Source: Raillietiella orientalis
Taxonomy: Eukaryota
Assembly (NCBI GenBank): GCA_036172245.1
Contig: JAYWIR010000019.1
Coordinates: 1,178,001 to 1,242,000 of the forward strand
Length of the DNA stretch: 64,000 bases
Direction: 5' to 3'
In this document: positions 50,706-62,328 of the stretch, one piece after another
Numbering within the stretch: the first letter of the stretch is position 1
Layout: every line of letters begins with the position of its first letter
Position numbers and translations under genes: made by a program
Notes under the pieces: generated by a model
Told to the model about the DNA's origin: nothing
Databases searched by the model: none
The model's input: the letters and a program-made list of their open reading frames with translations, nothing else

Positions 50706-53465
50706 ATGCACCCAGTTGAGAGCGATATTGATGAAAAAGTTAGAAAACTGTATGATAACTTATTATCCACTTTTGGCGATGCAGAATCTGATCTGAATCT
50801 AATTCAACTAAATCGCCTGATCGGTAGGTAACAGATTTTCTATTCATAAAACTTTGTGCAACAGAAAGAGCAGTCCCTATGTAACATTTTTCTGTAGATG
50901 TTGAGACGTTAGGGAAGACCTGCGATGTCGGTTTTCACATTGGATTTTTGGAGACTTGGTTACAAATGATAGGTGCACAGGATATTGAAGTGAATGAGAA
51001 AATTATTTTTGTTACCAAGCTGTTGGGAAGTCTGTGTACACAAGAAAGTGTTTTTCATTATATACAGATCAATCACTCCCAGGTTTTCCTCTTGTTTGGT
51101 CAGATTATCAAAAAAAATGATTTCAAAGATGTAGCCTTGTCCTTGGAGATTTTGAAATTGATAAGTAATCTGATACACTATGTGGATGGTTTAGAATATG
51201 TAGTAGAAGGTAAAGTATTGGTTAATTTTGACTTTCTAAGGACTGATTTTAAGAACTATTTTGGGTCTTCAACGTTCTGCTGAAGTCACCAAAGCAATAT
51301 GTTTTGAAAAACTCTTTTCTTCATATGAAGCATGTTATACTCAAAAGTTATGAAGTCAGTCGGAGTATTGAACCTTTACTATCAGATGTTGTTGCCATTT
51401 GCCCATCATCCTCTGTAGAATTTTTGCTCAGCTGTATACTTGAATTATATGAATATCTGCTGCCAAAACAGGAATACAGTGTGATCAACTCAGTCATCAC
51501 ATTAATTGAAAACACATACAAGGAACTTAACGTTGATCAGTATATTGCATATCATTGTAAACATGTGTTGATTAAACACATTTGTGAGAACTATCTATGT
51601 ATGGATATTCATGAAGAATCATGTCGATGTTTTGTTTCATCTTTGGCAATACTAGGAAAACTATGTAGTGAAAAATCTGCTGCTCAGCAAGTGCATATTT
51701 TTGTTCCAGCCCTGTATTATTTGATGCATATAATGTGCACTTCTTGCTATAAAATGTGCCATACAGAATGTGTAGATCAGTTCATCAAGTTTCTCTTTCA
51801 TCTCAACTATCAAGCAGCTCAACTGTACAAAGATGGCAGAAAGGGCAACAAAAAAGATTTTATGTGTGATTGGAATGGCTATTTCCATTGTCCAGATCTC
51901 AAAGGAGACTGTTTGTCCAATTTCTTTTTGCCAGTACAGGATGATCCTGTTGCTTTTGTTAACAGTTTCTTATTACTTGGCATGCAGCAAATGGAGAAAT
52001 TACTCACCAATTCTTTATTGCTGGTATAAGAAGAGTTAAAGAAGGGTATCAGAATGTTTAATCATATTTTCTTAGAATCATCTTAATACATGGGTGCAGC
52101 AGTTAATCTCGCTGCTGAAACTTTGCCTTAAGTCAATAGATTTGGTACCTGAAAAGTTATTAAAATTTCTTTTGCAACTTCTAACTCACATAGTTCAGCA
52201 AAAAGAATTGGATGGATCTAGTGTCACTGATGTTCTCCTAGTGCTGCTTTCTATGTGTAGAAGTGGTGTATCATCTGCTGTTGTAAGTTGTGTAAACCGG
52301 TGAACACATCATAAAGTATTCTTTTTTTAAGATATTATGCATGACTCTTCAGACCCTAGGTCATGCATGTAGTAAAGCTGGTCAGGTTGTTCATGGATTT
52401 CTAGATAATTTGCTACCTATTTTACTGAAGCGTCTCTGTGATGTTAGCTGGGAAGTAAAGGATTCAGTGCTAAATTTAGTACAGCAGCTTCTGCAGTTAG
52501 CAAAGCAAGGTAGGCATGGGCAGCTAATCAAACTCATTAACCATCCGTTTAGATGATGTATTATGCTCTTGGTTTGCAAGCAGTGCATTATGCAATCATG
52601 TCTCAATGCTGTTAAGTGAATCTGAAGATTTTATACGTGTTGGTGCGCTTCAGGTCTTACAACTATGTGCACAAATACCATCAGTGTGGTCTAGCATGCA
52701 TCAGGAAATGCATTTTCTTGTAGGTTTTGCATTTTCTTATGACATCAAGCAATTTTTGCATAGGATAAAGTAACCGCATTAGCGCTGCAAGACAGTTTTG
52801 GCCAAGTACGCTTATGTGCAGTCCAGTTGTTGTTGGCATGGCCCAATGGAGAGAAGCCTTTATTATTCAGTGTGATGGAGTGCGCCATTCATGATTTGGA
52901 TAGTGAAGTGCGTCTCCTGGCAGCGAATTTCTGGGTTAAGCAGGTGCTGATTGAACAGAAATCAAGTAGGGAAGCTTGGGAACAACTTGGCTGCTTGCAT
53001 GAAAAGAGAGTGTTGCAAGTATTTGTGAGCATATTGTCAGAATGGGATGAAATATTTGGCCAAATATGTGTCCATGCCTTACAGTGGCTTGGAGAGCAAG
53101 CTAGGTCTCAGTCAGTTGTTGACTGGAAACAGAAAGAGTGCGATCTTAGTCAACTTAGGTGTACTTCAGATGTTCCACTGGTTCCACGCTGGTCAGAAAA
53201 TCATGAAGTAATTTCATGCTTGATTGAAAGCACTACAGAGGAACTAATATGCAGTTTGCCAGAGTTCCAACCAAATAACTATTGCAGAAATATCAGTTCT
53301 AAAATTGCTTCATTGTCCATAGAACAGTGTGTGGTGCTCTTAGCAAAGGCACATATACCCAAAGAGGATACTGCACACCATGTTTCTCAGCGAATTTATT
53401 GTCTATCCAACCTTCTTGATGATTTTTTGCATCCAACAGTTGGGCTCGAATTGGACTGCTATTGA
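50706..53465 (+). CDS. BRAT1: BRAT1 homologue (HEAT/ARM-repeat Integrator cleavage-module assembly factor), 7 exons, ~817 aa
   Basis: Hand-built GT-AG model with consistent phases: 50706-50823, 50898-51209, 51254-52023, 52076-52282, 52332-52509, 52553-52719, 52764-53465 (2454 nt). Contains KRLCDVSWEVKDSVL (BRAT1-like WEVRDS HEAT motif) and DLDSEVR, and ends in LELDCY*, the conserved BRAT1 C-terminal DCY. Confidence 0.88.
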
Positions 53466-53705
53466 AATTAAATTTCCTATGACTTACTTGCTCCTTCAGT
53501 TCCATTGATCATAGAATGTGAAGATCATTCATAGTCACTGACACTGAAAAAGAAGCAAGTTTTCATGTATACCTGCAGAAAACTGCCTAAATGCTGATTC
53601 AGCATGCTCAGTTCTGTCATAGAGCGTTTTTATCCACAAAAGATAAATTAATTTAGAATTATAAAAACTGATCTCCACGGGAACGCTTGAAAAAATAAAA
53701 ATCAG

Positions 53706-53716
53706 TTTTATTTATT
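53706..53716 (-). terminator. Polyadenylation signal(s) of dachs
   Basis: AATAAATAAAA immediately after the TAA stop on the minus strand. Confidence 0.55.
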
Positions 53717-53719
53717 CAC

Positions 53720-56700
53720 TTAAGCCGCACCACTGTTGCGGAATTCCAAATACTGATATGGCACGTGATAAATGTGTCCCTTATGTTCAATAAGCAGGTA
53801 CCCACGTCTGGAAGAGGTGCCTGTTACCAACACTTCGTCTCCTTTTAGAAGGACTTCCATACCACCATTTTCTACGATTAAGGGGACTGAAAAGATCTGG
53901 GTAAATCGCCATTTACCGGGATAGGAGGCCTTCATCCATCGAACTTGGGGATAACCCATCTTTTTGTTTCCATCTATAGTGTAACATCGACTCGGTGGCA
54001 AAGGAGGGGGACGCTCCTGGAAAAAAACAATGTAGAACGATGCATTTGTGTGCAATTTCTTTACGGGATCGATCCCAAACAAGGTACATGTTTGCTTAAT
54101 GATATTGTTGTCGCATTTTTCCAGACTTTCAGGGGGAGGTGTTCCTGTAATGGGCTGCGGTCTGGGACGATTGGGGATCTGACCGCCACCAGCGTTCGCT
54201 CTTAACTCTAAGTTACGTTTCATTAAGGGCCATCTCTGTCGCAACCTCCGACCTCTCCACACGGCTTGAATGAGCGTCGCAGAGTGCTCTCGGATGCTAA
54301 TGCGTTGTTTCTCCAGCTGCTGACGAGTTCCTTCGCTGATGTTCCCGAGTTGCAAACTGAGAGAGTCTCTGGGGTTATCTCGTTACCTAAAGAAGATATG
54401 CCTTTTTCCAAGAGACCACTGATACATCGAGTTCATCTTATTTTCCTCGTTTAAGGAAAGCACAAAGTATTCGAGGATGGTCTGGCAATCTTCCGTTGCT
54501 TTTTCATCGCTTCTTTTGAGCTTTTTAAAGGGGGCTAGCATGCGGTACCTGTTGTTAAAGGCCCTGAAGCGCATACGATGGGGGAACCCTACGTAAGATT
54601 TGTCCACCTAGTAACCCAAGCAAACTCGAAAAGTGTTTCACCTCCGGCCATGAGATTAACAGTCTCCAAAACTTGCATTGCTCTGATTTGTCTGCGAACA
54701 ACTTCCTTATCGAATTCTAACTGCAAACCAGTATCATTGCTGCGGATGCAGCGAATAAGGTGAGGCTTTGCGTGCACAAGAGTTCTTAGCAAAGTATCGA
54801 GTCTGGCGTGGAAGTCCTGAGTGAGTGTCGATAATACTTGCTGTTCCTGATTTCTGGAGAGGGAGAGGAAAGAAAAAAAAAACAGGTAAAGTGGGAAGGG
54901 AAGGGAATTTTCCCATGTGCAGCTTACAAATCATTGTAAGAGGTCGGGGATATGCGAAAACTAATACCACAAGGAGCCGTGCTCCTCAGAGATAGGGTTT
55001 TGAGCTCCATGCCGAAGAGGTGGGTGACGAAACCGAAACTACACGATTCTTTCCTGAACACGGATACCAGATCGTCCTGAATCAGATCCCTATTTGTATC
55101 TGCTCGAAAAAATAAAACAAAACAAAACATCTGAATAGTATAACATCTTTGTGTGTTTTTCGACTTACCTAAAAATTCAGAAGCATCGTAAACGACTTTC
55201 GAGGCAAAGTGCTGGATACCAAACAATCTGGCATTGGCGAGTTTCGGATCAAACAGGCGGTTGCACTGCCTGTGCTGTTTCCAAACTTGCTGAACGTAGC
55301 TTTCTGGAGAAGAGCGGCTACTGATGCATTCCACGTCCAGCATGCTGAGAAGTCCTGTTCTCTGCAGCTACCTCGTAACGATTCGTGTTAGCGTTGTTCT
55401 CACCAAAGAGGAGATGAGATCGATGCATGGAACATTGTCTGCATACTCAACGTGCATGCCACTTTGGATCCCTTCATCTCGACATGACTCGAGGCTGGAT
55501 TTGAATATGTGCGTGTTGTAAAAATGCTGCATAGTTTCTGCACACAGGTTGATGCATAAGTGTTCTAGCTGCCCGCGCTATCAAGAGTGGAGGACAAATT
55601 CATGCCGCAAGCGCAAGCGCGATTTACACTGGAGTTCTCGAATCCGAACATGTCTAAAATTCCTATAAAGCCATCGTTAGCACGACGCACGGCAGAATGC
55701 AATGCATTCATGGATTTGGAAGCTTTCGATCCCATCGTTCCTACGGTCGATGCATGCTGGCTTGATACCTAAAAAGCATTCTGGTCTCAGGAAATGCAAA
55801 AAGAATGTTAGGTTTACATGGTCCTTGGGGCAGATTTACAGCGCAACAAGTTAGGTGAACAAGACTGCGCTCACTTATCAGGATTAACTTGACTGGTAGC
55901 TACAAGACGTCTCCGACGAATCTCTCATGCAATAGATGAAGCGCATCGAGAAAGGTAAGATTCACTCTTGCCGAAACGGACTGCGGAATGATTACGCACA
56001 TCAACTCTGCTAGCAGGGAGGAGATCTGCATGCAAAAAAATTTTTTAGCTTTCTCGAATGCCAAGATTCCGAATCCTCCAGCATCCTCCAAATTTCACGA
56101 ATACACGATCCTTGCGTTGCTCGACAGCCTGCAGTATTGTGATGCGTAAAAACACAAAACTGGGAAGAGGGACGTGCAAAAATGCAAGCACGATACAGAC
56201 CACAGTATAACTGGGAACAGGGACTGAAGACACAATACGAGGAGTGCAGCATTCGCTATGGTACGTGGTCCTCTTTATTGCCTAAGTTGTCGGGATATGC
56301 TGATCCGCAAAAACCACTCACACAGATCGACATGCAAGTAACGACGAGTGCAAGGCAACTTTGAAAGGCCTTGAAAAGAAGGAATGGACGTCTTAAGATG
56401 GAATCCCTCAATGGCTCAAAAGTTTTAGCTCTGAGAGCAGCTTAACGATGGCTTACGAATCCTCAAACAAACCACGCGAATTCTCAGGATTTTGTTTACT
56501 TCCTAACAACGAAACCTCGCCATTCGCGAGATGAGGAATTAGGACTCGAAGAATCCTCACGAAGGTGAGGTAGCGTTTGTTTGTCAAATTGTTCCTCGTG
56601 TGAATTTTTTCTCGAGCATTCCTGACTTTGTCGTCTTTTGCTGCTTGTGTTGGCTTAGGCGTTCTGTATCGACTTAGAATTGTCGGGTTGATTCTGAGTC

Positions 56701-59700
56701 TGCGTGTGCTTTTGAGGTCATTCACAGGCTCCTCAGTGTCGGGTCGACTGACCAAGACTCTTCCACGGCACGGTTAGCAGCCAGTGACCTTCAAGGACGC
56801 TGAAGGGCTCACTCATACTCAAATTACGAAACAAAGTGCACTTTCATAGGGAAAAGCGGAACGGCAGAAATGCAAAGGGTGAAAGCAGAAAGCAGACGGC
56901 AGCTGCCACCCGGTTTACCTCTGCCTGGTTGTGGACGGATTCGTTGGAATCTGAACTCAGAGTTCCCGACGTGGACCCGAGTCTCTTCATGCTGTTTGCT
57001 CTGCGGACGATGGTGGCCACTGTCCGGCAGTACAGGGCTTTGGCTAGGGCATCTCGATTGTAATTGGACTGCAAAGGAGAAAGAGCGGTCACCCTCGGAC
57101 ACTCTCCGCTGTGCATGCGCAGTAGCGGAATGGGAGACGCCGGTTACCATGTTGGCATCGCAGACGGACTTGATGATCTGGTTTCGGATGTTGTGGGTCT
57201 TCGTTGTAAGTCCTCTGAAGAGGGCGATGCTGGACACTCCGAGGAGCGACGCGATGGATTTCACCTCGTTGTTGCCGTGCACCTCGATTTCCAGCCCGGC
57301 TCCGCTTCCGTCAGTGAAGTGAACGTTGCCTAGCAGCAGGACGGTGGCTAGGATGCGCACGACGTCCGCAAACGGTATGCCCAGAATGCCTGGAAGTGTT
57401 GAAGGGTTCTGTTGAGAAGTGCTGGAGGATTCCCGACCTACGTTCTCTTAGCGAACCCCACAATTTCGCGCACAGAGCCGCAATTCGCTGCGCTGTATCC
57501 TCTACGACCAAACCAACGAGTGTGTGGGAGGGAGAGAGACAGCCTCCCTCGCCGACGCAGGAGCAGATGCGTCTCGAGGAGGAGGATCTGCGAAAGCAAG
57601 ATCCGAGGGACTCCCGTAAGCGCCCAACAGCGCAGGTAATGGATGGAAACGGGACGCGCGCGTTCGAGGTAGATCGGTGACGACGCCTTCACGGAAAGTC
57701 GGGACGCGCCACTGGGAGGTTGCAGTGGCGGCTGGGGCTCTGCCTCACGGCGTCCATACGCGCGACCAGACCACACCCTGTAGCGCTTTCAGCATCGTTC
57801 CCATATCCGCTGCCTTGCATCGCCGGACGTCGTCCGGGCTACTCTTGGGTCATGAGACCACCTCGCCGAAAGCAGCAAGCGGCCGGAAGCGCAGCCGAAG
57901 AGACTACCGAAGTAGGGGAGGGGCTCAATTCCCGATGATCCTGTTCGCCGCTCCTACCGCAGGGTTCCTGGGTCAGTCCAGTCGCGGGAGGGTGGCAAGT
58001 TGCTCAGGGTGACCCTGCTCTTAATAGAGCGCGGAAACTCCCGCTGCACCCTTGCTGGAAGGCATGTCTGCTGGGGTATCGATAGCGGGCTGAAGGGATG
58101 AATGACCTTTGACTGCAGCAAAGCGGGATCGGAACGTGGGAAAAGCAGCGGCGCCGGATGGGGATGGATTAGCAGAAGCCTCTGTCTCTTCCGGTTCACG
58201 AGAGCGGCCTCTGGCGCCAGCGTTCCCGTCGTTTGGGAAAGACACGGAGACTTTTCATGCGCTTCCGGGAAGAAGGGAGCATCTCCACCTAGCCCCTCCT
58301 CCCCTCCTTCGCTCTCGCGTCCCTGAGAGCTGCAAGGACGGGCAAACGGGAAACAGCAGGCTAGGTCGGGGGCCTCCACCGCTTTCCCTTTCCAAAGCCC
58401 CCCTCTCCCTTATCTTCTGTGTTTGGGGGCGTGGTGGGGTAGGCAGGCCACCGGCGCGCCCGCAACACTCGCCTTTGGACGCCGATACAGCGCCGCGGCG
58501 AGACTTCTGGGACGACAACTCCTCGCGGATGGAGGAGGAGGCGGACCGAGGGGCACGTCCCGGTCTCCTCGGCAGCGATCTCGCGTCCAGGGAGGGCGCA
58601 CCTGGAACTGGGGCGCTGCAATCTCTAGGCGGGGCGGTTCTAGGAGTACAGCAGCGGTCGCAGACGAAGTCTTGGATCGGGTAGGACCGGGAGATCAACT
58701 GGTGTCCCTTTCCTCTTATGACACGTGCCAGGGTGCCCCTTTCTTGCGATCGAGGTAAGGAAAGCTGCGGCGGTCGAACGGAGAAGACGCGGAAAGGCGT
58801 GGCGACAGGTGGACTTGTCTGCTGCCACTGGCTCCTTCCCCCCTCCGCAGTAGCGGGTGGCCGACCTGGGTGGTGCCCGTCGGGCCAGGAGCCTCCCCCC
58901 TTCCCGCCTCAGGCGCCCCTGTCGGCTTACTCAGGCACGCCTTCCAGCACTCGAAGCGGCGCCGCTCCTCCTCCTCCTCTTCGGCAAGGGCACGGTCTCC
59001 TCTGTTGAGGTAATGGAGGTTGGAGACGCCATAGCCACCGAGACTCAGTTTGGCTGGAAGGGAGACGGCGGTTGGGTCCAAGGAGGATCGCCTGGCAGCG
59101 ATCGACCAGGGAGGACGAGAAGACCCGGTACGCGCGGCTCCTGCACGACTTACTGCGCTCCTGCGAGGTGAGCCCCGCCAGCATCTGGTAAAAGATGTGG
59201 TAGTTCCTCTCGGATGAGGCGCACCTGACGACGCGGCTCTGGTCAAGGAAGTAGCAGTGGATCTTGGTCCTGTACAGCGCCCCGTGGGTGACCTGGACCT
59301 CGATGAAGTGGCCCTGTGGGAAGGGAGCTCATCGAGGAGGAGCAGGCGAGTAGCAGGGGATCGCCCTTTCCCTCCCCTTCCGCCCACCCACCCCTGTCCA
59401 TTCGTTGTCATTGCCGCCCTGCCAACACCCGCGCGCGCTCCACAGTCCACTCACTATGCGGCTGGACTCCCGGTTGGAAGCGACCTTGGCGCTCCCCAGG
59501 GACCTCAGAACCGTGAAGGCTGCGGCGAGGTGCTTGAAGGCGTCCGTCTCCGGGCCACCTCCGGCGATGTCGAAGAGCTGTCTCAGCAGGAGCATCGAAG
59601 AGTACGTCTTCCCGGATCCGCTGAGGCCTGCAGAGACGACATTCTAGGGTCAGTTGCGCGCCGATCTTGCTTCCCCTCCCTCCTAATCCCCATCCAGGGG

Positions 59701-62328
59701 CTCTCCTTACAGAGGCTAGGAATCTGCGGAATTCCCCCAAAAGCGGTAAAGGATTCAGAGATCACGCCATAGGAACTCCCAAAGATTTTTTCCGGTGAGC
59801 GGCCTGCCCACCTTGTCCTCACAGAAAGATCAAGCAAATCGAAAGGGGTGGTCGGGAGAAGAGAATGCACATCCCGGAGTGCCCGTCGTGCTCTCGCCCT
59901 TCGGTCCCGCCCCTCTGCCCAGCACAGCCTTTCAGGAGGGCTGCCGGAGGAGCGCTGCCGGAAGGCACGAACGCCGCGAGGCAGCTGAGGCCTCCGAGGA
60001 AGGAGCCGGGAAAGACAGGAAGGAGGGATGTGGAAAGGAAGGACATTGCAAAAAGGGCCACAGCATGGGTCGGCAACTGTGACCTGCAAGCATGCCGCGA
60101 GGTGCAGCCTGCTGACGTCCGGCGCGACCGAGGAACCGCCCACTTGAGGGAGGGGAGGGAAGGAAATCTCCACATTGCACCTCACCCGCTTTCCGGAGGG
60201 TGAAGGAAAGTCAGGAGGACGCGAGATGCCAAGGAACAGTCCCCTGGGGTCGAATTCGCTAACCGGGGATCCTAACGGACCCGCAGGTCTTCCTTCCTTC
60301 GGCAGTCAGGCTTTGAGCGTCTTCCGAGCCTCCCTGCGCGAGGGCAGGCGCAGGTCGCAGTGATGCATTCGGGGAAAGGAGGGGGGAAAGTGACCTTTCT
60401 GAAGTCGCAACAGGCAACGGCGGGTCAATAGACACTCGCTCGGAAGATGACGGGAAAGGGAGACATTTCTGGGACGATCTTTGGTCATGGCACCAGGTCT
60501 CCCAGAGCGAAACGTGATTCGCCCCTCGTTCCATCAGCAAGCAGAGCGGCTCCCCACGCTCCGCCCTACCAGGACTCGAGATGCAGGTGGTCAGAAATGA
60601 AGCAAGGATGCCGCAGTGACCAAGGAAAAAGGAGGAAAAGGAGGGAAAAGCCAGTTTGCCCTCATACGCAGTGGATCAGGGAGCCTCCCGGTTCGTTTCC
60701 CAGGTGACCGAGATGGAGCGGCCTTACCGAAGAGAGCGTGGTCGATCAGGACTCCGATCGGAAGAAAGGGTCCCTGTGGACTCCCCTCGGTCCCGAAGGA
60801 GGCGACCGGTAGTGGTCGGTGTGAGACGCAGCTGTCAACAACCGACAGCCGGAATGCGACCCCTCCTTCTTACCCGATAGGATTATCGCCTGAGGATAGC
60901 CGGTTTCCGAATGCTGCCTCACTGCTTCCTGGACTACCTTCAGCAGCTGAGGGCACTCCTGGGAGGTGTTCACGCTCGTCAGCGTCATGGGGTTGTGGGT
61001 GTCCTGGAAGCAGTTGATGGACAGCAGGACGGGGCCGATGTTCGTCTGCAAAAGAAAGGAGCAGGGGTTGCAGTCACCATCAGTGAGGTGGGAGACGGGT
61101 TGACTTTGGAGGACCTTTCCGATCGGCCAGAGGGGGTCTGCAGTGGTGAACTCTGAAGACGCCGAACCGTTCAGAGTCCTGGCGCGTCTCGAGAGACCAC
61201 CGCCGGTAGCGGATCGGCCCATCCCGGGAACAGAACGTCAAACCCCGCCGCCATACTCACGAAGGTGCGCTTAGCCAGGAACCGGCTGTTCAGCGTCTTG
61301 AGAACGGCATCTTCCGTCAATGGACCAGGAAGATTTATGAGATCGTTTATGTCCTCGTAATTCGGTTTGGGAGGCTGGGACTTGGGCTGCTGCCTCACCT
61401 CGCCGTGCAGTGGTCCCTCGCTTCGGTTCTTGTAGCGGCATCTCCCGATGGTTCCACCTGAGGCAGACATGGAATGAAGCCATGTGGAAGGTCACACCGT
61501 CCGCATTATTAATCTGGTCGGTGCTGCGCTCGGAAGCGAAACGGGGGCGCATGCGTTCATCGGTCGCAGAGAATGCCGACCGAAAGGACGAATTCCTCAC
61601 AGCATCCCTCGGTCACAGCGTTTTCTCCTCAGTTCTGTTTCCTACTTCCCGGGCACCTTTTCTCCCGGAACGGAGCTCCGAAGAGTTGGGAACCGGACCG
61701 CAAGAGCGGCACCTGCGTCTACCGCCTGATCGCGCAAATTTTTTATGGTGGCACCCCTGGCCGCTTGCAGGTGCGGGGGAAACAAGCGAGGAGAGGAGGA
61801 GGCGGTCTGAAGGATGCATTCGCGAGTCCTCGAGCCGGAGTCCGGGAGGGGAGAATTTCAGGGCTGCTCTTGGATTGATGGGATAGCAGCTGTTCCTCGG
61901 ACAAACCCCTCGGGCGTTCAGGTCTGGAATCCAGCGCGCAGGGATGCCTCGAGCACAGGACACACTGTATCCGCCCACGAGCCCACCATCCACCGAGACA
62001 CGAACGACCTACTACCTTTTCGGTGGTCACCGGCCATCCCTGACGCTAGCAAAAGAGAGAAGGGGAAATGAACGGGTATTTCCTGGAGAAGGGCGAAAGT
62101 CAGTCATTCGCGGTCCCTCGATTCAGGCTACGGTCGCGACTGGGCTACCTGAGGGTGCGTCCAGCACTACTCCATTCGCAGCTCCTTGGCTCCCGGGGAC
62201 GCTGGGGAGATGCGCCGGCTGCGTTCCCGCCGATGTCGCGGTGAATCGATGGGTCAGACTCACCAGCTCCGAGCCGAGGTTTTTCAGCCTCTGTTGCAGG
62301 TGGATGGCTTCGTTAGAAGACGACGCTT
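53720..62328 (-). CDS. dachs: Dachs-type unconventional myosin (N-terminal coiled coil, motor, IQ, SH3-like tail); first exon(s) not identified
   Basis: Exons on minus strand with consistent phases: 62149-62328, 61261-61457, 60874-61045, 59455-59627, 59154-59313, 58931-59053, 57148-57389, 56919-57068, 55628-55768, 55404-55577, 55169-55361, 54928-55099, 54642-54853, 54387-54588, 54065-54335, 53917-54016, 53720-53871. Motifs: EAIHLQQRLKNLGSELVSL (dachs N-term), DLINLPGPLTEDAVL, P-loop GLSGSGKT, ERNYHIFYQMLAG, switch II GILDMFGFE, IQ IQAVWRG, PPPLPPSR and a C-terminal SH3-like segment ending HVPYQY. Confidence 0.9.
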
